Made by a program: the position numbers and the translations under genes. Below are positions 23,938-34,730 of a DNA stretch of 64,000 nucleotides, in pieces. Source of the stretch: an uncultured Acidobacteriota bacterium (GTDB lineage Bacteria; Acidobacteriota; UBA6911); assembly GCA_963809485.1 (NCBI GenBank), contig CAWEJX010000001.1, forward strand, positions 128,001 to 192,000, given 5' to 3'. How positions within the stretch are numbered: position 1 is the first letter of the stretch; each line of letters opens with the position of its first letter. The notes beneath the pieces were generated by a model. That model worked only from the letters and a program-made list of their open reading frames with translations, was not told the DNA's origin and made no database searches.

Positions 23938-24519
23938 ATGAGCCGACTAATTTTGCACGTTTTGTTTGCCGCTTTCTGTATACCGGTGCTCGGCATTGCA
24001 CAGACCGCCGCCCAGGCCCCGGCGGCAAAAATTGCCTGGGTGAACCTGGAGCAGGCTATTTTCAGCTGTGATGAGGGGAAGAAGGAGTTTTCGGAAGTCC
24101 AGAAATTTGTAGACGCCAAGAACACCGAACTGGAAAACCTGCGTAAAGAAACAGAGAGCCTCAGAAATCAGCTCAACGTGCAGGGCTCCAAATTGACCGA
24201 CGAAGCTCGCGCAGACCTGGAAAGCCAGGTCGATGCCAAAGACACAAACCTGCAGCGGTTCCAGCAGGACACTCAGAAGGAAATTGACAACCGGCGTGTG
24301 CGCGCTACCAATTATGTCGGGAAAAGACTACTGCCCGTCATCGAAAAGGCAGCCAAAGAAAAAGGATTCAACGCGGTTCAGTATTTCAGTTCCTCCCGGG
24401 ACGCCTGGGTGGATCCGTCGCTCAATATTACCGAAGATGTCGTAAAGGCTTACAACCAGACGTACCCGGTCACTGGGGCCAAAGCTCCGGCAGCCGCAGC
24501 TCCTGCATCTAAGCCCTAA
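23938..24519 (+). CDS. skp: Skp/OmpH periplasmic chaperone
   Basis: KIAWVNL, coiled coil, NITEDVVKAYN; follows bamA. Confidence 0.88.
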   Translation: MSRLILHVLFAAFCIPVLGIAQTAAQAPAAKIAWVNLEQAIFSCDEGKKEFSEVQKFVDAKNTELENLRKETESLRNQLNVQGSKLTDEARADLESQVDAKDTNLQRFQQDTQKEIDNRRVRATNYVGKRLLPVIEKAAKEKGFNAVQYFSSSRDAWVDPSLNITEDVVKAYNQTYPVTGAKAPAAAAPASKP

Positions 24520-24623
24520 CAACGGCAGCGCAAGCCACTGCATTTTTAATTTCCGGACTGCGGCGGAAAGCCCGGTTCCGGAAAAAGCGGGGCTCAGCAG
24601 CTTGCGCTGCACTGCGAATAGCC

Positions 24624-25079
24624 ATGGGAAGCGGTATTTCAACCCATAAAATCAACGAAATCCTGAAGATACTGCCTCAGCGTTACCCGTTTTTGCTGGT
24701 CGACCGCATTCTCGAAACTGACGGCTCGACCCGCATGGTGGGGCTAAAAAACATCACCATCAATGAGCCCTTTTTCCAGGGCCACTTTCCGGATCACCCC
24801 GTCATGCCAGGTGTGTTGCTGGTGGAAGCGCTTGCGCAGGTCGGGGTCGTCCTGCTTTTAAGCAATGATCAAACCAGAAGCGAGAAGCTAGTGTACTTTT
24901 CCGGCATCGACAAATGCCGGTTCCGGCAACCTGTGGTTCCCGGCGACCAACTCATCATGGAAGTGATCGTGATCAAGCAACGCGATTATTACTTCCGGAT
25001 GAAAGGGCAGGCTCTGGTCGACGGCAATGTCGCGGTCGAGGCAGAGCTGTCCTGTTCCCTGGTCAATCGACCTGAATGA
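24624..25079 (+). CDS. fabZ: 3-hydroxyacyl-ACP dehydratase
   Basis: LPQRYPFLLVDR, NEPFFQGHFP..PVMPGVLLVEALAQ. Confidence 0.96.
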   Translation: MGSGISTHKINEILKILPQRYPFLLVDRILETDGSTRMVGLKNITINEPFFQGHFPDHPVMPGVLLVEALAQVGVVLLLSNDQTRSEKLVYFSGIDKCRFRQPVVPGDQLIMEVIVIKQRDYYFRMKGQALVDGNVAVEAELSCSLVNRPE

Positions 25080-25141
25080 CGGTCGTCCTTTTTTTCTTAA
25101 AGTGAGCGAAGAACCAGCCTGCGCCGCTATTTCGAGAATAC

Positions 25142-25921
25142 ATGCCCATACATCCCACAGCCATTGTCGACCCGTCCGCTGAAATTTCTCCCCAGGCCAG
25201 CATAGGGCCCTACTGCATCATCGGGCCTCAAACACAAATAGGCGCCGGCACAGTCCTGGATTCACACATTCGCATTCACGGATGGACCACTATCGGAGAG
25301 AGATGCCGTTTTTATTGCCACGGCTCGGTTGGGACCGATCCCCAGGATCTCAAGTACAAGGGGGAACCAACCTTTCTGAAGATCGGAGACGACAACGTTT
25401 TCCGCGAATTTGTGAGTCTAAATCGCGGCACGAAGGGAGGACACGGAGTCACCGTCATCGGGGACAACAATTTCCTGATGGCGTACAGCCACGTGGCCCA
25501 CGATTGCGTCGTAGGAAGCCACGTAATTATGGCCAATGCTGCAACCCTTGCCGGACATGTTACGGTGGCGGATCACGCAACCGTGGGCGCATTTTCGGCG
25601 GTACATCAATTCTGCCGGGTGGGCCCGCATGCTTTCATCGGGGGATTTTCGGTAATCACGCGGGACGCGCTGCCCTATATCAAGACTGTCGGCGACCGCA
25701 ATCAGGCAAAGATTTATGGGATCAATTCCCTGGGTTTGCGGCGCAAAAATTTTTCCGAACAATCCATCGATGAACTGAAGCGGGTTTACCGGATCTGTTT
25801 CCGCTCTAAATTGAACAGCGGGGAGGCGCTGGCGCAGGTGAAAGAAAAACAATGGACGGCGCCGGAAGTAGCGACACTGATCGAGTTCATGGAAAGCTCC
25901 GAACGCGGATTCATCCATTAA
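25142..25921 (+). CDS. lpxA: UDP-GlcNAc acyltransferase
   Basis: Hexapeptide repeats, PQDLKY, HVAHDC, HQFCRVG. Confidence 0.96.
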   Translation: MPIHPTAIVDPSAEISPQASIGPYCIIGPQTQIGAGTVLDSHIRIHGWTTIGERCRFYCHGSVGTDPQDLKYKGEPTFLKIGDDNVFREFVSLNRGTKGGHGVTVIGDNNFLMAYSHVAHDCVVGSHVIMANAATLAGHVTVADHATVGAFSAVHQFCRVGPHAFIGGFSVITRDALPYIKTVGDRNQAKIYGINSLGLRRKNFSEQSIDELKRVYRICFRSKLNSGEALAQVKEKQWTAPEVATLIEFMESSERGFIH

Positions 25922-25984
25922 CCGACGCCTGAGATTGGGCATCCACCGGCTTCTCACAATTTCGAATCTCGAATCTGCAAATTT

Positions 25985-26815
25985 ATGGCCGTGGAAAAGG
26001 AAAAATACGGGCTGATCGCCGGAAACGGTCAATTTCCATTTGTGGTGCTGAAATCGGCCCGCCAGCAAAACCTTGAGGTAGTTGTCGCTGCAATAAAGGA
26101 AGAAACTTTTACCGGGATCGAGTCATTCGGGTATCCCGTTCACTGGCTCGGTCTGGGAGAATTGGGAAAGCTCATCCGCCTCTTCCGGGACTCGGGTGTT
26201 CGAAAAGCAATCATGGCGGGGCAGGTCAAACATGTTCAGATTTTCGGCTCCTCCTTCCCTGATTTGACCATGATTCGCATGCTGGCCGGGCTGAAGCACA
26301 AAAACACAGACTCGCTGATCGGGGGTGTCGCCCGCACTCTGGAGGAGGCCGGCATCTCCCTGGTGGACTCCACCATCCTGTTGAAGCCGCACATGGCCGT
26401 GCAGGGAGTTTTGACACGCAGAGCCCTGAGCCCATCCGAACAGGCTGATGTCGATTATGGGCGCCCCATCGCGCATCGTATCGCGGCGATGGACATCGGG
26501 CAGACCATCGTCGTTAGGGATCGTGCTGTTGTCGCAGTCGAGGCCATGGAAGGGACCGATGCGGTGATCCGGCGTGCCGGGGATCTGGTGCACAAGAAGG
26601 ACCTGACCGTCATCAAGGTAAGCAAACCCAAACAGGACATGCGCTTCGACATACCCGTGGTGGGCCTTGCCACACTGGAACATATGATCGCATCGGGCGC
26701 GACCGCGCTGGTGATCGACGCCCAACGCACCATTGTTCTGGACAGAGAAAGACTGGTTGAGGCGGCAGACAGCCATGACGTGGCCATCATTGCCCTGCCT
26801 CCCCTCGAAGGCTGA
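25985..26815 (+). CDS. lpxI: UDP-2,3-diacylglucosamine diphosphatase LpxI
   Basis: GLIAGNGQFP, DIGQTIVV, AVEAMEGTD, KPKQDMRFDIPVVG. Confidence 0.93.
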   Translation: MAVEKEKYGLIAGNGQFPFVVLKSARQQNLEVVVAAIKEETFTGIESFGYPVHWLGLGELGKLIRLFRDSGVRKAIMAGQVKHVQIFGSSFPDLTMIRMLAGLKHKNTDSLIGGVARTLEEAGISLVDSTILLKPHMAVQGVLTRRALSPSEQADVDYGRPIAHRIAAMDIGQTIVVRDRAVVAVEAMEGTDAVIRRAGDLVHKKDLTVIKVSKPKQDMRFDIPVVGLATLEHMIASGATALVIDAQRTIVLDRERLVEAADSHDVAIIALPPLEG

Positions 26816-26902
26816 AGCTGCGCTGGACACGTTGGCACAGCGGCATGTGCCCGCAGAAACCATTGTCGCGCGTTGATGGTCAACCGCAAATCGGAGCAAT
26901 AG

Positions 26903-27862
26903 ATGGATAGAGTTCGAGTCGGGGTGGTAGGAGTAGGAGCGTTAGGTCAACACCATGCACGGGTCTATGCTTCGCTGCCCGGGGCATCCCTCGTTGGAGT
27001 CGTCGATACCTTTCCCGGCAGGGCCGAGGAAATTGCGGGTCCTCTCGGAACAAAAGTGTTCTCACGCCACGAAGAACTGTTCGGCAAAATCGATGCGGTA
27101 AGTATCGCAACACCAACCATCCTTCATGCGGAGATCGGTGAACAGTTTCTGAAGCAGGGCATTCATGTGCTGGTCGAAAAGCCGATCGCCCACACCATGG
27201 AAGCCGCCGATCGATTGATCCTGGCGGCCAGGGAAAACAGCCGGATGCTGCAGGTCGGACACCTGGAACGTTTCAATCCCGCAGTGATTGAGCTCCGCAA
27301 AATGGTGATAAAGCCCCGTTTTTTTGAAGCCCACCGAATGGGCCTGTTTTCGCCGCGCAGCCTCGATATCGATGTGATCCTGGATTTGATGATTCATGAT
27401 CTGGATATCATCTCCCTGCTTGTCCCTTCTCCTGTTGCGCACCTGACAGCGGTGGGCATCGCCATCCTGACGAATCGCATCGATATCGCGAACACCCGCA
27501 TTCAATTTGCGGATGGGTGCGTGGCCAACATCACGGCCAGCCGCGTGTCCATGGAAAAGATCCGCAAGCTTCGGCTGTTCCAGAAACAGGAATACATCTC
27601 GCTGGATTATACCCGGCAGGACGTTTCGATTTTCAGCCTGAAACACAATGCAGGACAGGGGATCCCTGAAATTGTAAGCCGCAGATTGACCCCCGGGAAA
27701 AAAGAGCCGCTTCAGCTGGAGCTAAGCTCCTTTCTGAGTGCGGTTCACGGGTTGGCGCCCGTTGAATGCAGCGGGGAAGATGGACGGAAGGCCCTGGCGC
27801 TGGCCCTCCAGATACTGGCCCAGGCGGAAAAGGCTCAGGCTGTTGAAATTGACAGGGATTAG
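26903..27862 (+). CDS. Gfo/Idh/MocA oxidoreductase (GnnA-like)
   Basis: GVVGVGALGQHH, VLVEKP, QVGHLERFNP, DVILDLMIHDLD; located in the lpx cluster. Confidence 0.85.
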   Translation: MDRVRVGVVGVGALGQHHARVYASLPGASLVGVVDTFPGRAEEIAGPLGTKVFSRHEELFGKIDAVSIATPTILHAEIGEQFLKQGIHVLVEKPIAHTMEAADRLILAARENSRMLQVGHLERFNPAVIELRKMVIKPRFFEAHRMGLFSPRSLDIDVILDLMIHDLDIISLLVPSPVAHLTAVGIAILTNRIDIANTRIQFADGCVANITASRVSMEKIRKLRLFQKQEYISLDYTRQDVSIFSLKHNAGQGIPEIVSRRLTPGKKEPLQLELSSFLSAVHGLAPVECSGEDGRKALALALQILAQAEKAQAVEIDRD

Positions 27863-27878
27863 GGGCCTTTTCTATACT
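27849..27878 (+). promoter_or_regulatory. Sigma70-type promoter
   Basis: TTGACA-18 bp-TATACT upstream of the TonB-like gene. Confidence 0.6.
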
Positions 27879-27907
27879 TTAGGAGACGCTCGGGGCGGAG
27901 CGATCTG

Positions 27908-28918
27908 ATGCTAGATTACGTCATATCGAAGAACAGGCAGCGGCGGCCGGCAAAACGCGTGTATGCCTCATGGATTGCCAGCTGTTGCCTGCACTTCCTG
28001 ATGCTCATGATGCTTATCCAGTTCCCGCAATTGCTGCAGGGAGGGATGTATCACCGCTTCCGCGCATTGAGGTCCATTCAGGATATGCTCTCACAGGACG
28101 AGAGCGAAAGCTGGCGTACGGTCACGGTCATCAGGGATCATTCGCCCATGATGGCCCCTTCGGCCGCCACGCTCAGGAAATATGCATACGACTGGAATAA
28201 AAAGGATTCCGGTGCACCGCCGGTTCGCATCCGCTGGGGAGACGAACAGAAGGCAGTTTTGAACGAGGCTTCAAGACCGGCACCGCGGCCCACATCCCAG
28301 CAGCCGCTCCCGCCGGCCAACGAAATAGCAGTTGCCCCGTCGGCGTCTTCGCAGGCGACCAATCCGGCTTCTTCAAACGGCCGCGATACTGCGGAGAGCG
28401 ATCCCGGCGGACGAAAAAACATCTATCTGCCGCCTCCCGGAGAAGAGCCAAAACAGAAGGTGGAACTGGCCGCCGATTCGGCGCCCGGATCAATTCCCAA
28501 TTCCAAACCCTCTGCCGGCTCTTCCGGCACGCAAAAAAATCCGAACAAGCCGGAAGCGGTAGCCAGGATTTTCGATAGTGAGCAGCAGGCGCTTCGCAGT
28601 CCCGAGGGCGGATTTTTTGACACCAAGGGCTTTCCGCTGGGAGAGTACGCCAACCTCATCATCGAGCGTATCAAGGGAAAATGGTTCATCCCCTCACACC
28701 TCAGGGACTCACAGGGACACACCACCGTCGTGTTTTTTATCAACAAAGAGGGCAGGTTCACCGACGCCCGCATTGTCGCGTCGTCAGGCAGTGATTCCCT
28801 GGATCTCGCTGCATTGAACGCGGTGATGGCATCCAATCCCTTCCCGCCGCTGCCTAAAGGATTCCCGGGAGACCATGTAGGCGCTAAGTTCATTTTTTCC
28901 TACAACGAACCTCAATAA
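27908..28918 (+). CDS. TonB/TolA C-terminal domain protein
   Basis: N-terminal TM with an S..LH motif, Pro-rich linker, SSGSDSLDLAALNAV..PFPPLP. Confidence 0.82.
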   Translation: MLDYVISKNRQRRPAKRVYASWIASCCLHFLMLMMLIQFPQLLQGGMYHRFRALRSIQDMLSQDESESWRTVTVIRDHSPMMAPSAATLRKYAYDWNKKDSGAPPVRIRWGDEQKAVLNEASRPAPRPTSQQPLPPANEIAVAPSASSQATNPASSNGRDTAESDPGGRKNIYLPPPGEEPKQKVELAADSAPGSIPNSKPSAGSSGTQKNPNKPEAVARIFDSEQQALRSPEGGFFDTKGFPLGEYANLIIERIKGKWFIPSHLRDSQGHTTVVFFINKEGRFTDARIVASSGSDSLDLAALNAVMASNPFPPLPKGFPGDHVGAKFIFSYNEPQ

Positions 28919-28947
28919 GAAAAGGCGGCGACGCAGGGAGCCTGCAA

Positions 28948-31446
28948 GTGAAGTTTCCGAATTTTCAATCCCGGGGGTCTTTTTTGTGTTCGCAGTCAAA
29001 GCAAACAGCTTGCGGTTTCCGGATTACCTGGAACAGAGTCCGCGATCTGACGCTGTGGTTTATCCTGCTAACTCCTTTGTTTTTTTCAATCGGCTGCGGA
29101 AAACATAAAGCTCAGGTCAAAACTCCCGCTCCTCCGCCCCCTTCGTCAAAATCAACCCCCTCCTCGAAACAGCCGATCCCGCCGGTTGCACAAAAACGGC
29201 CCATACCGGAAGAATCGACGCGGCCCTCCGGGACACAGATTCCCAAGCCTTCGGCGGGCGAATCAGCCGCCTCGAGGGCAGGTTCGTCCGGCCCCCTAAT
29301 CCGGATCGGGCTAATCACCGCCGCAACGGACATTCGAATTTCATCTTCCGGCGGATTCTACCTGTCGGATAAGACCGCTGAATCGGAACAGCGGCTGGTA
29401 CGGGGCGAAGTACAGGTGCGGAGCGGACAGGAAGTGGAAGAATCCGCCGATGTTTTCCGGATACAGGTTGCTTCCTTCTCAAGGCCGGAGGCTGCGGAGG
29501 ATCTGAAACAAAAAATGGAAGGCCGATTCCCCGACCCGGTGACGGTGAGAAAAAATCCCGAAGTCGGCACCCATCAGGTCCGGATGGGCTCATTCTCGAC
29601 CAAAGAGGAGGCACAGAAACTGCTCAAAGCAGTGGCGGCATCGGGCTATGCAGACGCTTTTGTCGTCAGGGAAACCGCTTCCTCCGGCGGCGGCAAAACC
29701 ATGCTGGCATTACGCGGCCCTGAGAATTTATTCCTGCAGAATCCGAAAGGATTTCTTATCTCGCCGGTTCCCGGCTCGGGCTTTTTGATTTTGAATGGGA
29801 AACCCTATCGCGGCGATTTGGACATCAGGGTGAACCAATCCGGCCGAATCACGGTCGTAAACCAGTTGAGTATGGAAGAGTATCTCTGCGGCGTCGTTCC
29901 CGCCGAGATCAGCCCCACCCAGTATCCGGAATTTGACGCCCTGGCTGCACAATCGATTGCAGCGCGCACCTATGCACTCAAGAACATGGGCAGGTACCGC
30001 TCCGAAGGATATGACTTGAGCGCCGATACCAGGACGCAGGTTTATGGAGGCTTGGCTATGGAAAAGGACTCCACCAATGAGGCAGTGAAACGGACTTCAG
30101 GGCTTGCCATCTATTATCAGGGCAAGCTTATTGATGCCATGTATATGTCCACGTGCGGAGGCCGGACAGAGGATTACTCAAACGTCTTCGATGCCGCCCC
30201 CGTCCCCTATTTGAAAAGCGTGTTTTGCGCCATCGAGGGAAGCCCGGAAAACAACGATACAGCCCTGAATGGGAAACACGGAATCGAGCAGTTGATCCAG
30301 TCCGATGATGGCAGCATAGCAAACCGGAATCTGGAATTGGCCCATATCCTGGGAGTGGTCGAGTCCGCTTCGGAACTCACCCCGGAGTTTCTTGCGGGCA
30401 AAGCCGAAAGCGGTGAGGTCGATCGCTGGGTCAGAAACGCTGGCAAGATCGCGCAAAAGGATTCTTCCGGTGGGCAGCGCTCCAGGGCGGAAACCGGAAC
30501 CAGGGCAGGCTTCCTCCAGTACGCGGCCGAACTGTTCTTCGGCGCCGATGAAATCCGGCGACGGATATCGTCCAAGGATGTTGAATATTACATGAACAAT
30601 CTCCGGGATGGGGACAGCGTGCCGGAATCGGCCCGCTTCGCGATGGCCTACCTCATTCAGCGTGGATTATGGCTCCCGGAATTGGACAACTCGGCCAAAC
30701 CGGATGCTCCCATGCAGCGGAGCGGCGCGCTTTTCCTCATTCTTCGCTGGTTGGAATCGGCCAAACCGGAGGTTCTGAGAAGAGGATCTTTTGTAAGGGA
30801 GGCTGCAACGGAGGCGGGGGCTCGCAGCAATTCAACCATAAGCATCAAATGGGGGAACCGGACACTGGAATTCCCGCTATCGGAAAAACTGGCTCTCTTC
30901 AGGCTGGACGCCGGGAGAACCATGCCCGTAGACAGTTTGAAGGTTATCGGGAATGAAAAGCTTGCTTTCCATGTCAATTCGGAAGGCTTCATAGATTTCC
31001 TTGAAGTTGAGCTTAATCCCACGGGCGCTTCCAGCGACCGTTACTCTCCCGTGGCGGCATGGGATGTCACAATCCCGCGATCGGTGATTTCGGAAAAGTT
31101 GCGAGCCTTGTCCGGAGACATAGGGGAAATAACGGACCTGAAACCCGCCCGGCTGGGGAATTCAGGCAGGGCCGTTCAGATTCAGGTTTTGGGCAGCCGC
31201 GGGTCCGTGGTGCTCAATGGCTATAAGACTCGAAACGCCTTGGGGCTCAGAGACACTCTGTTTACCATCACAAGGGAACACAGCCCTGACGGTAGCATCG
31301 CCAATTTCAAATTCCACGGACGCGGATGGGGTCACGGGATCGGGCTTTGCCAGGTGGGAGCGTTTGGTATGGCGCGAGCCGGACACGGCTATGAAGAGAT
31401 ATTGAAAACCTATTACCAGGGCGTGCAGATTCGCAAAGCGTATTAG
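28948..31446 (+). CDS. SpoIID/LytB-domain lipoprotein with SPOR domain (start uncertain)
   Basis: Lipobox SIGC, SPOR (FRIQVASFS..HQVRMGSF), YRG..VVNQLSMEEYLCGVVPAE, AARTYA, GRGWGHGIGLCQVGA. Confidence 0.88.
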   Translation: MKFPNFQSRGSFLCSQSKQTACGFRITWNRVRDLTLWFILLTPLFFSIGCGKHKAQVKTPAPPPPSSKSTPSSKQPIPPVAQKRPIPEESTRPSGTQIPKPSAGESAASRAGSSGPLIRIGLITAATDIRISSSGGFYLSDKTAESEQRLVRGEVQVRSGQEVEESADVFRIQVASFSRPEAAEDLKQKMEGRFPDPVTVRKNPEVGTHQVRMGSFSTKEEAQKLLKAVAASGYADAFVVRETASSGGGKTMLALRGPENLFLQNPKGFLISPVPGSGFLILNGKPYRGDLDIRVNQSGRITVVNQLSMEEYLCGVVPAEISPTQYPEFDALAAQSIAARTYALKNMGRYRSEGYDLSADTRTQVYGGLAMEKDSTNEAVKRTSGLAIYYQGKLIDAMYMSTCGGRTEDYSNVFDAAPVPYLKSVFCAIEGSPENNDTALNGKHGIEQLIQSDDGSIANRNLELAHILGVVESASELTPEFLAGKAESGEVDRWVRNAGKIAQKDSSGGQRSRAETGTRAGFLQYAAELFFGADEIRRRISSKDVEYYMNNLRDGDSVPESARFAMAYLIQRGLWLPELDNSAKPDAPMQRSGALFLILRWLESAKPEVLRRGSFVREAATEAGARSNSTISIKWGNRTLEFPLSEKLALFRLDAGRTMPVDSLKVIGNEKLAFHVNSEGFIDFLEVELNPTGASSDRYSPVAAWDVTIPRSVISEKLRALSGDIGEITDLKPARLGNSGRAVQIQVLGSRGSVVLNGYKTRNALGLRDTLFTITREHSPDGSIANFKFHGRGWGHGIGLCQVGAFGMARAGHGYEEILKTYYQGVQIRKAY

Positions 31447-31652
31447 CTATGGCTCGAGATTGGAGATTCGAGATTGGCGGGTGCGATGTATGGCAGCAGG
31501 CGGTCCGGAACAAGGGCGAAATATCAGTGAGCAACCTATAAACAGGCTGTGTGTTTCCTGTTTTATTTCTTGCTATCCTCTGTGACCGGGAACCGGCAGA
31601 TCCCCGGTTTGCCAATTTCGTAGCCGGCTTCACGAATCTCGAATTTAAAGCA

Positions 31653-31748
31653 ATGGATCGTCTTCGCTCACAAGTACTGGGTATTATCCTGCTGGCACTG
31701 GTGTTTCTATTGGTTGCCTGCATCCGCTATTATTTGAGGCTTGGCTAA
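31653..31748 (+). CDS. Small single-TM protein (31 aa)
   Basis: MDRLRSQVLGIILLALVFLLVACIRYYLRLG; one hydrophobic helix, co-oriented before miaA. Confidence 0.5.
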   Translation: MDRLRSQVLGIILLALVFLLVACIRYYLRLG

Positions 31749-31905
31749 CCTGTATTTGTGAAAGCTTTCCTGGTGCACCGGATCAGGGAGGCATGCTTTC
31801 GACTGAAGGTTGCAGGTTGAAGGCTTGAGACCCGCAACCGGAATGGGCGTGCCCGGATACGAGCCTCAACCAAAAGCCTGGGGAGGTATTTGGATCAAAA
31901 GCGTG

Positions 31906-32838
31906 ATGGACGAATATCCCGGAATCGTCATACTCGGCCCCACTGCATCGGGGAAATCCTGCCTGGGCATTGCCCTTGCCAGCCTGTTCCAGGGAGAGAT
32001 TGTCAGTTGTGACGCTCTTCAGGTTTACAGGCACATGGATATCGGCACCGCTAAAGCCTCGTTGGCCGAACAGACACTGGTGCCGCATCACATGTTAAAC
32101 ATTCGGAATCCCGATGAAGATTTCTCCGCCGGAGACTACCAGCGCATCGCAAGACAGGCGATCCGGGAGATTCGCCAGCGCGGGCAACTTGCATTTGTAA
32201 TCGGCGGTTCAGGGTTTTATCTTCGGGCCCTGATTGAGGGTCTCTTTGAGGGCCCGGGCCGGTCCGAACCCCTGAGAATGCGCATGCGGCGGATCATCCA
32301 GCGCAAGGGGCCCCGGATCCTGCACCGGGCCCTGCAGCGCGTGGATGCTCCATCGGCAGCCAGAATCGCCGAAAAGGACGTGGAACGGATTATTCGGGCC
32401 TATGAAATGCACCTTGTCAGCGGAAAATCCATGAGCTGGTGGCAGGAACAGCCCAGGGATGCCCTCCGGGGTTTTCGCTGGTTAAAACTCGGCATAGATC
32501 AACCTCGCGAACAGCTTTACCGGAATATTGACCGGCGCGTAGAGGAGATGTTTCAGGCAGGTTTTTTGGAGGAGGTCCGGTGGCTGCTGGGGAAATTCCC
32601 AAGATCCTCACAGGCTTTTAAGGCGATCGGGTATCGTCAGGTAGCGGAATATCTGGAGGGAACGATCTCCCTGGAGCAGGCGCTGGAGGAAACCAGAAAG
32701 GAAAGCCGGCATTACGCCAAGAGACAACTCACGTGGTTCCGATCGGACCGGAATATTTTGTGGCTGGATGGGCAGACCGGATTCGATGAACTCCGGCAAA
32801 AGGCATCAACCCTCATATCGGGATTTCTCAAACCTTAG
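31906..32838 (+). CDS. miaA: tRNA dimethylallyltransferase
   Basis: GPTASGKS, DALQVYRHMDIGTAK, YAKRQLTWF. Confidence 0.97.
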   Translation: MDEYPGIVILGPTASGKSCLGIALASLFQGEIVSCDALQVYRHMDIGTAKASLAEQTLVPHHMLNIRNPDEDFSAGDYQRIARQAIREIRQRGQLAFVIGGSGFYLRALIEGLFEGPGRSEPLRMRMRRIIQRKGPRILHRALQRVDAPSAARIAEKDVERIIRAYEMHLVSGKSMSWWQEQPRDALRGFRWLKLGIDQPREQLYRNIDRRVEEMFQAGFLEEVRWLLGKFPRSSQAFKAIGYRQVAEYLEGTISLEQALEETRKESRHYAKRQLTWFRSDRNILWLDGQTGFDELRQKASTLISGFLKP

Positions 32839-33192
32839 TCCGCTTTCGTTAAAGGGAGGCGCTGCTCGTGATCGTACACCGGACATCCCTCGAATCCCAT
32901 GGCCCAGAGCCGGCAGGATCCAAAGCAGCGCTCTCAACAGGTGTGAAATCGCATGTTCTGTGCCAGATCCGCAGAGCGTTTGGGCAACTAATTTAATTGT
33001 TTGATAAAACAATACTTAGACTGCGTGGTAATGGTAAGACGCCCGTGTATGGTCGGCGTAAAATGATCATTTATGCTCATTAATTTATGCGAAATATATC
33101 TATTTCGGTGGATTTGAGAAGGAGAGCGGTTGGCAGCTCCAGGGCTCAAAGGCCAGAAGATTTCCTCATCTAATCAGGACTATAATACGACC

Positions 33193-34665
33193 ATGAAATT
33201 TGAACCCGTTATCGGACTTGAAGTGCACGCCCAACTGCTCACTCGCAGCAAGCTTTTCTGCGGCTGCAGCACTCAATTCGGCGCTCCTCCCAATTCAAAG
33301 ACTTGCCCGGTATGCCTGGGCCTTCCCGGAGCGCTTCCAGTGCTGAACCGGGAGGCGGTTACAATGGGGGTCAAGACCGCGATGGCCCTGGGATGCCGAA
33401 TCAATGAGACATCCTTTTTTGCCCGAAAAAACTATTTCTATCCGGATATGCCCAAGGGGTATCAGATTTCGCAATACGATCGTCCCCTCGGAGAGCATGG
33501 ACGCGTGATGGTATTTTCTGGAGAGAGGACAGACGCAGGGAAAATAGTGGACCGGAGGGAAAAAGCTTTCGGCATCACGCGCCTTCACATGGAGGATGAT
33601 GCCGGGAAATCGATCCACGAGGGTAATCCGGATGCTGCCGCAAAATCCCATGTGAACCTGAACCGGAGCGGTGTCCCCCTCGTGGAGATAGTCAGCGAGC
33701 CCGATTTCCGCAGCAGCCAGGAGGCTTACGATTATCTGACGCATCTTCGCAAAACGCTCATTTACCTGGGGGTGTGCGACGGCAATATGGAGGAAGGAAG
33801 CCTGCGCTGCGACGCGAATGTATCGGTCCGCCCCGAGGGGGCGGAAAAGCTCGGGACCAAGGTTGAAATAAAGAACCTCAATTCGTTCCGGTTTTTGCAG
33901 AAGGCACTGGATTACGAGATTTTGCGTCAGACGCAGATATTGTCCGAGGGAGGAGAAATCGCGCAGGAAACCCGCCTGTGGGACGAATCGGAAGGGCGCA
34001 CAATCCCCATGCGCAGCAAAGAGGAAGCCCACGATTACCGCTATTTCCCCGAACCGGATCTGTTGCCGCTGAAATTGGATCGCGCCTGGATTGAGAGGGT
34101 GAAGCAAGAATTGCCGGAATTGCCTGGTGCCAGAATGAAACGACTGATGGAGGAATACAGCCTTCCGGCGGATGACGCCCTGCTCCTAACTGCAACTCCG
34201 GCAATGGCCGATTTTTTTGAGGAGTGTGCCGAAAAATCCGGCAACGCGCGGGCATCCGCCAATTGGATCATGGGGGACCTTGCCTACGCCCTGAAAAATT
34301 CCGGCAAAGACATCGAGGAGTCTCCGATCCTGCCGGGAAAGCTGGCGGCATTGATTCAGAGCGTGGATTCGGGAGAGATTTCGGGAAAGATTGCCAAAAC
34401 GGTTTTCGAAGAAATGTGCCGCACTTCGGAAGAACCTGCCGCCGTCATCAGGCGTATGGGATTGACGCAGATGAGTGATGAAGCGGGCCTGGGAGCGGTG
34501 ATCGACGGAATTCTGGCCGCAAATCCCAAACAGGCTGAGGAATACCGGGCGGGCAAGGTCAAAGTGTTCGGCTTTTTTGTCGGCCAGGTGATGAAGGAGA
34601 CCAGGGGCCAGGCGAATCCGAAGGTCGTCAATGAGCAGCTTCAGAAAAAGCTCTCCGGCGGATAA
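33193..34665 (+). CDS. gatB: Asp/Glu-tRNA amidotransferase subunit B
   Basis: [43 protein letters not shown]. Confidence 0.98.
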   Translation: MKFEPVIGLEVHAQLLTRSKLFCGCSTQFGAPPNSKTCPVCLGLPGALPVLNREAVTMGVKTAMALGCRINETSFFARKNYFYPDMPKGYQISQYDRPLGEHGRVMVFSGERTDAGKIVDRREKAFGITRLHMEDDAGKSIHEGNPDAAAKSHVNLNRSGVPLVEIVSEPDFRSSQEAYDYLTHLRKTLIYLGVCDGNMEEGSLRCDANVSVRPEGAEKLGTKVEIKNLNSFRFLQKALDYEILRQTQILSEGGEIAQETRLWDESEGRTIPMRSKEEAHDYRYFPEPDLLPLKLDRAWIERVKQELPELPGARMKRLMEEYSLPADDALLLTATPAMADFFEECAEKSGNARASANWIMGDLAYALKNSGKDIEESPILPGKLAALIQSVDSGEISGKIAKTVFEEMCRTSEEPAAVIRRMGLTQMSDEAGLGAVIDGILAANPKQAEEYRAGKVKVFGFFVGQVMKETRGQANPKVVNEQLQKKLSGG

Positions 34666-34730
34666 ATCGGTTCACTCATACGCAGGAAGCTTTGGCTGAG
34701 CGGCGGACGAACCGATTGGCCCCGGATTAG

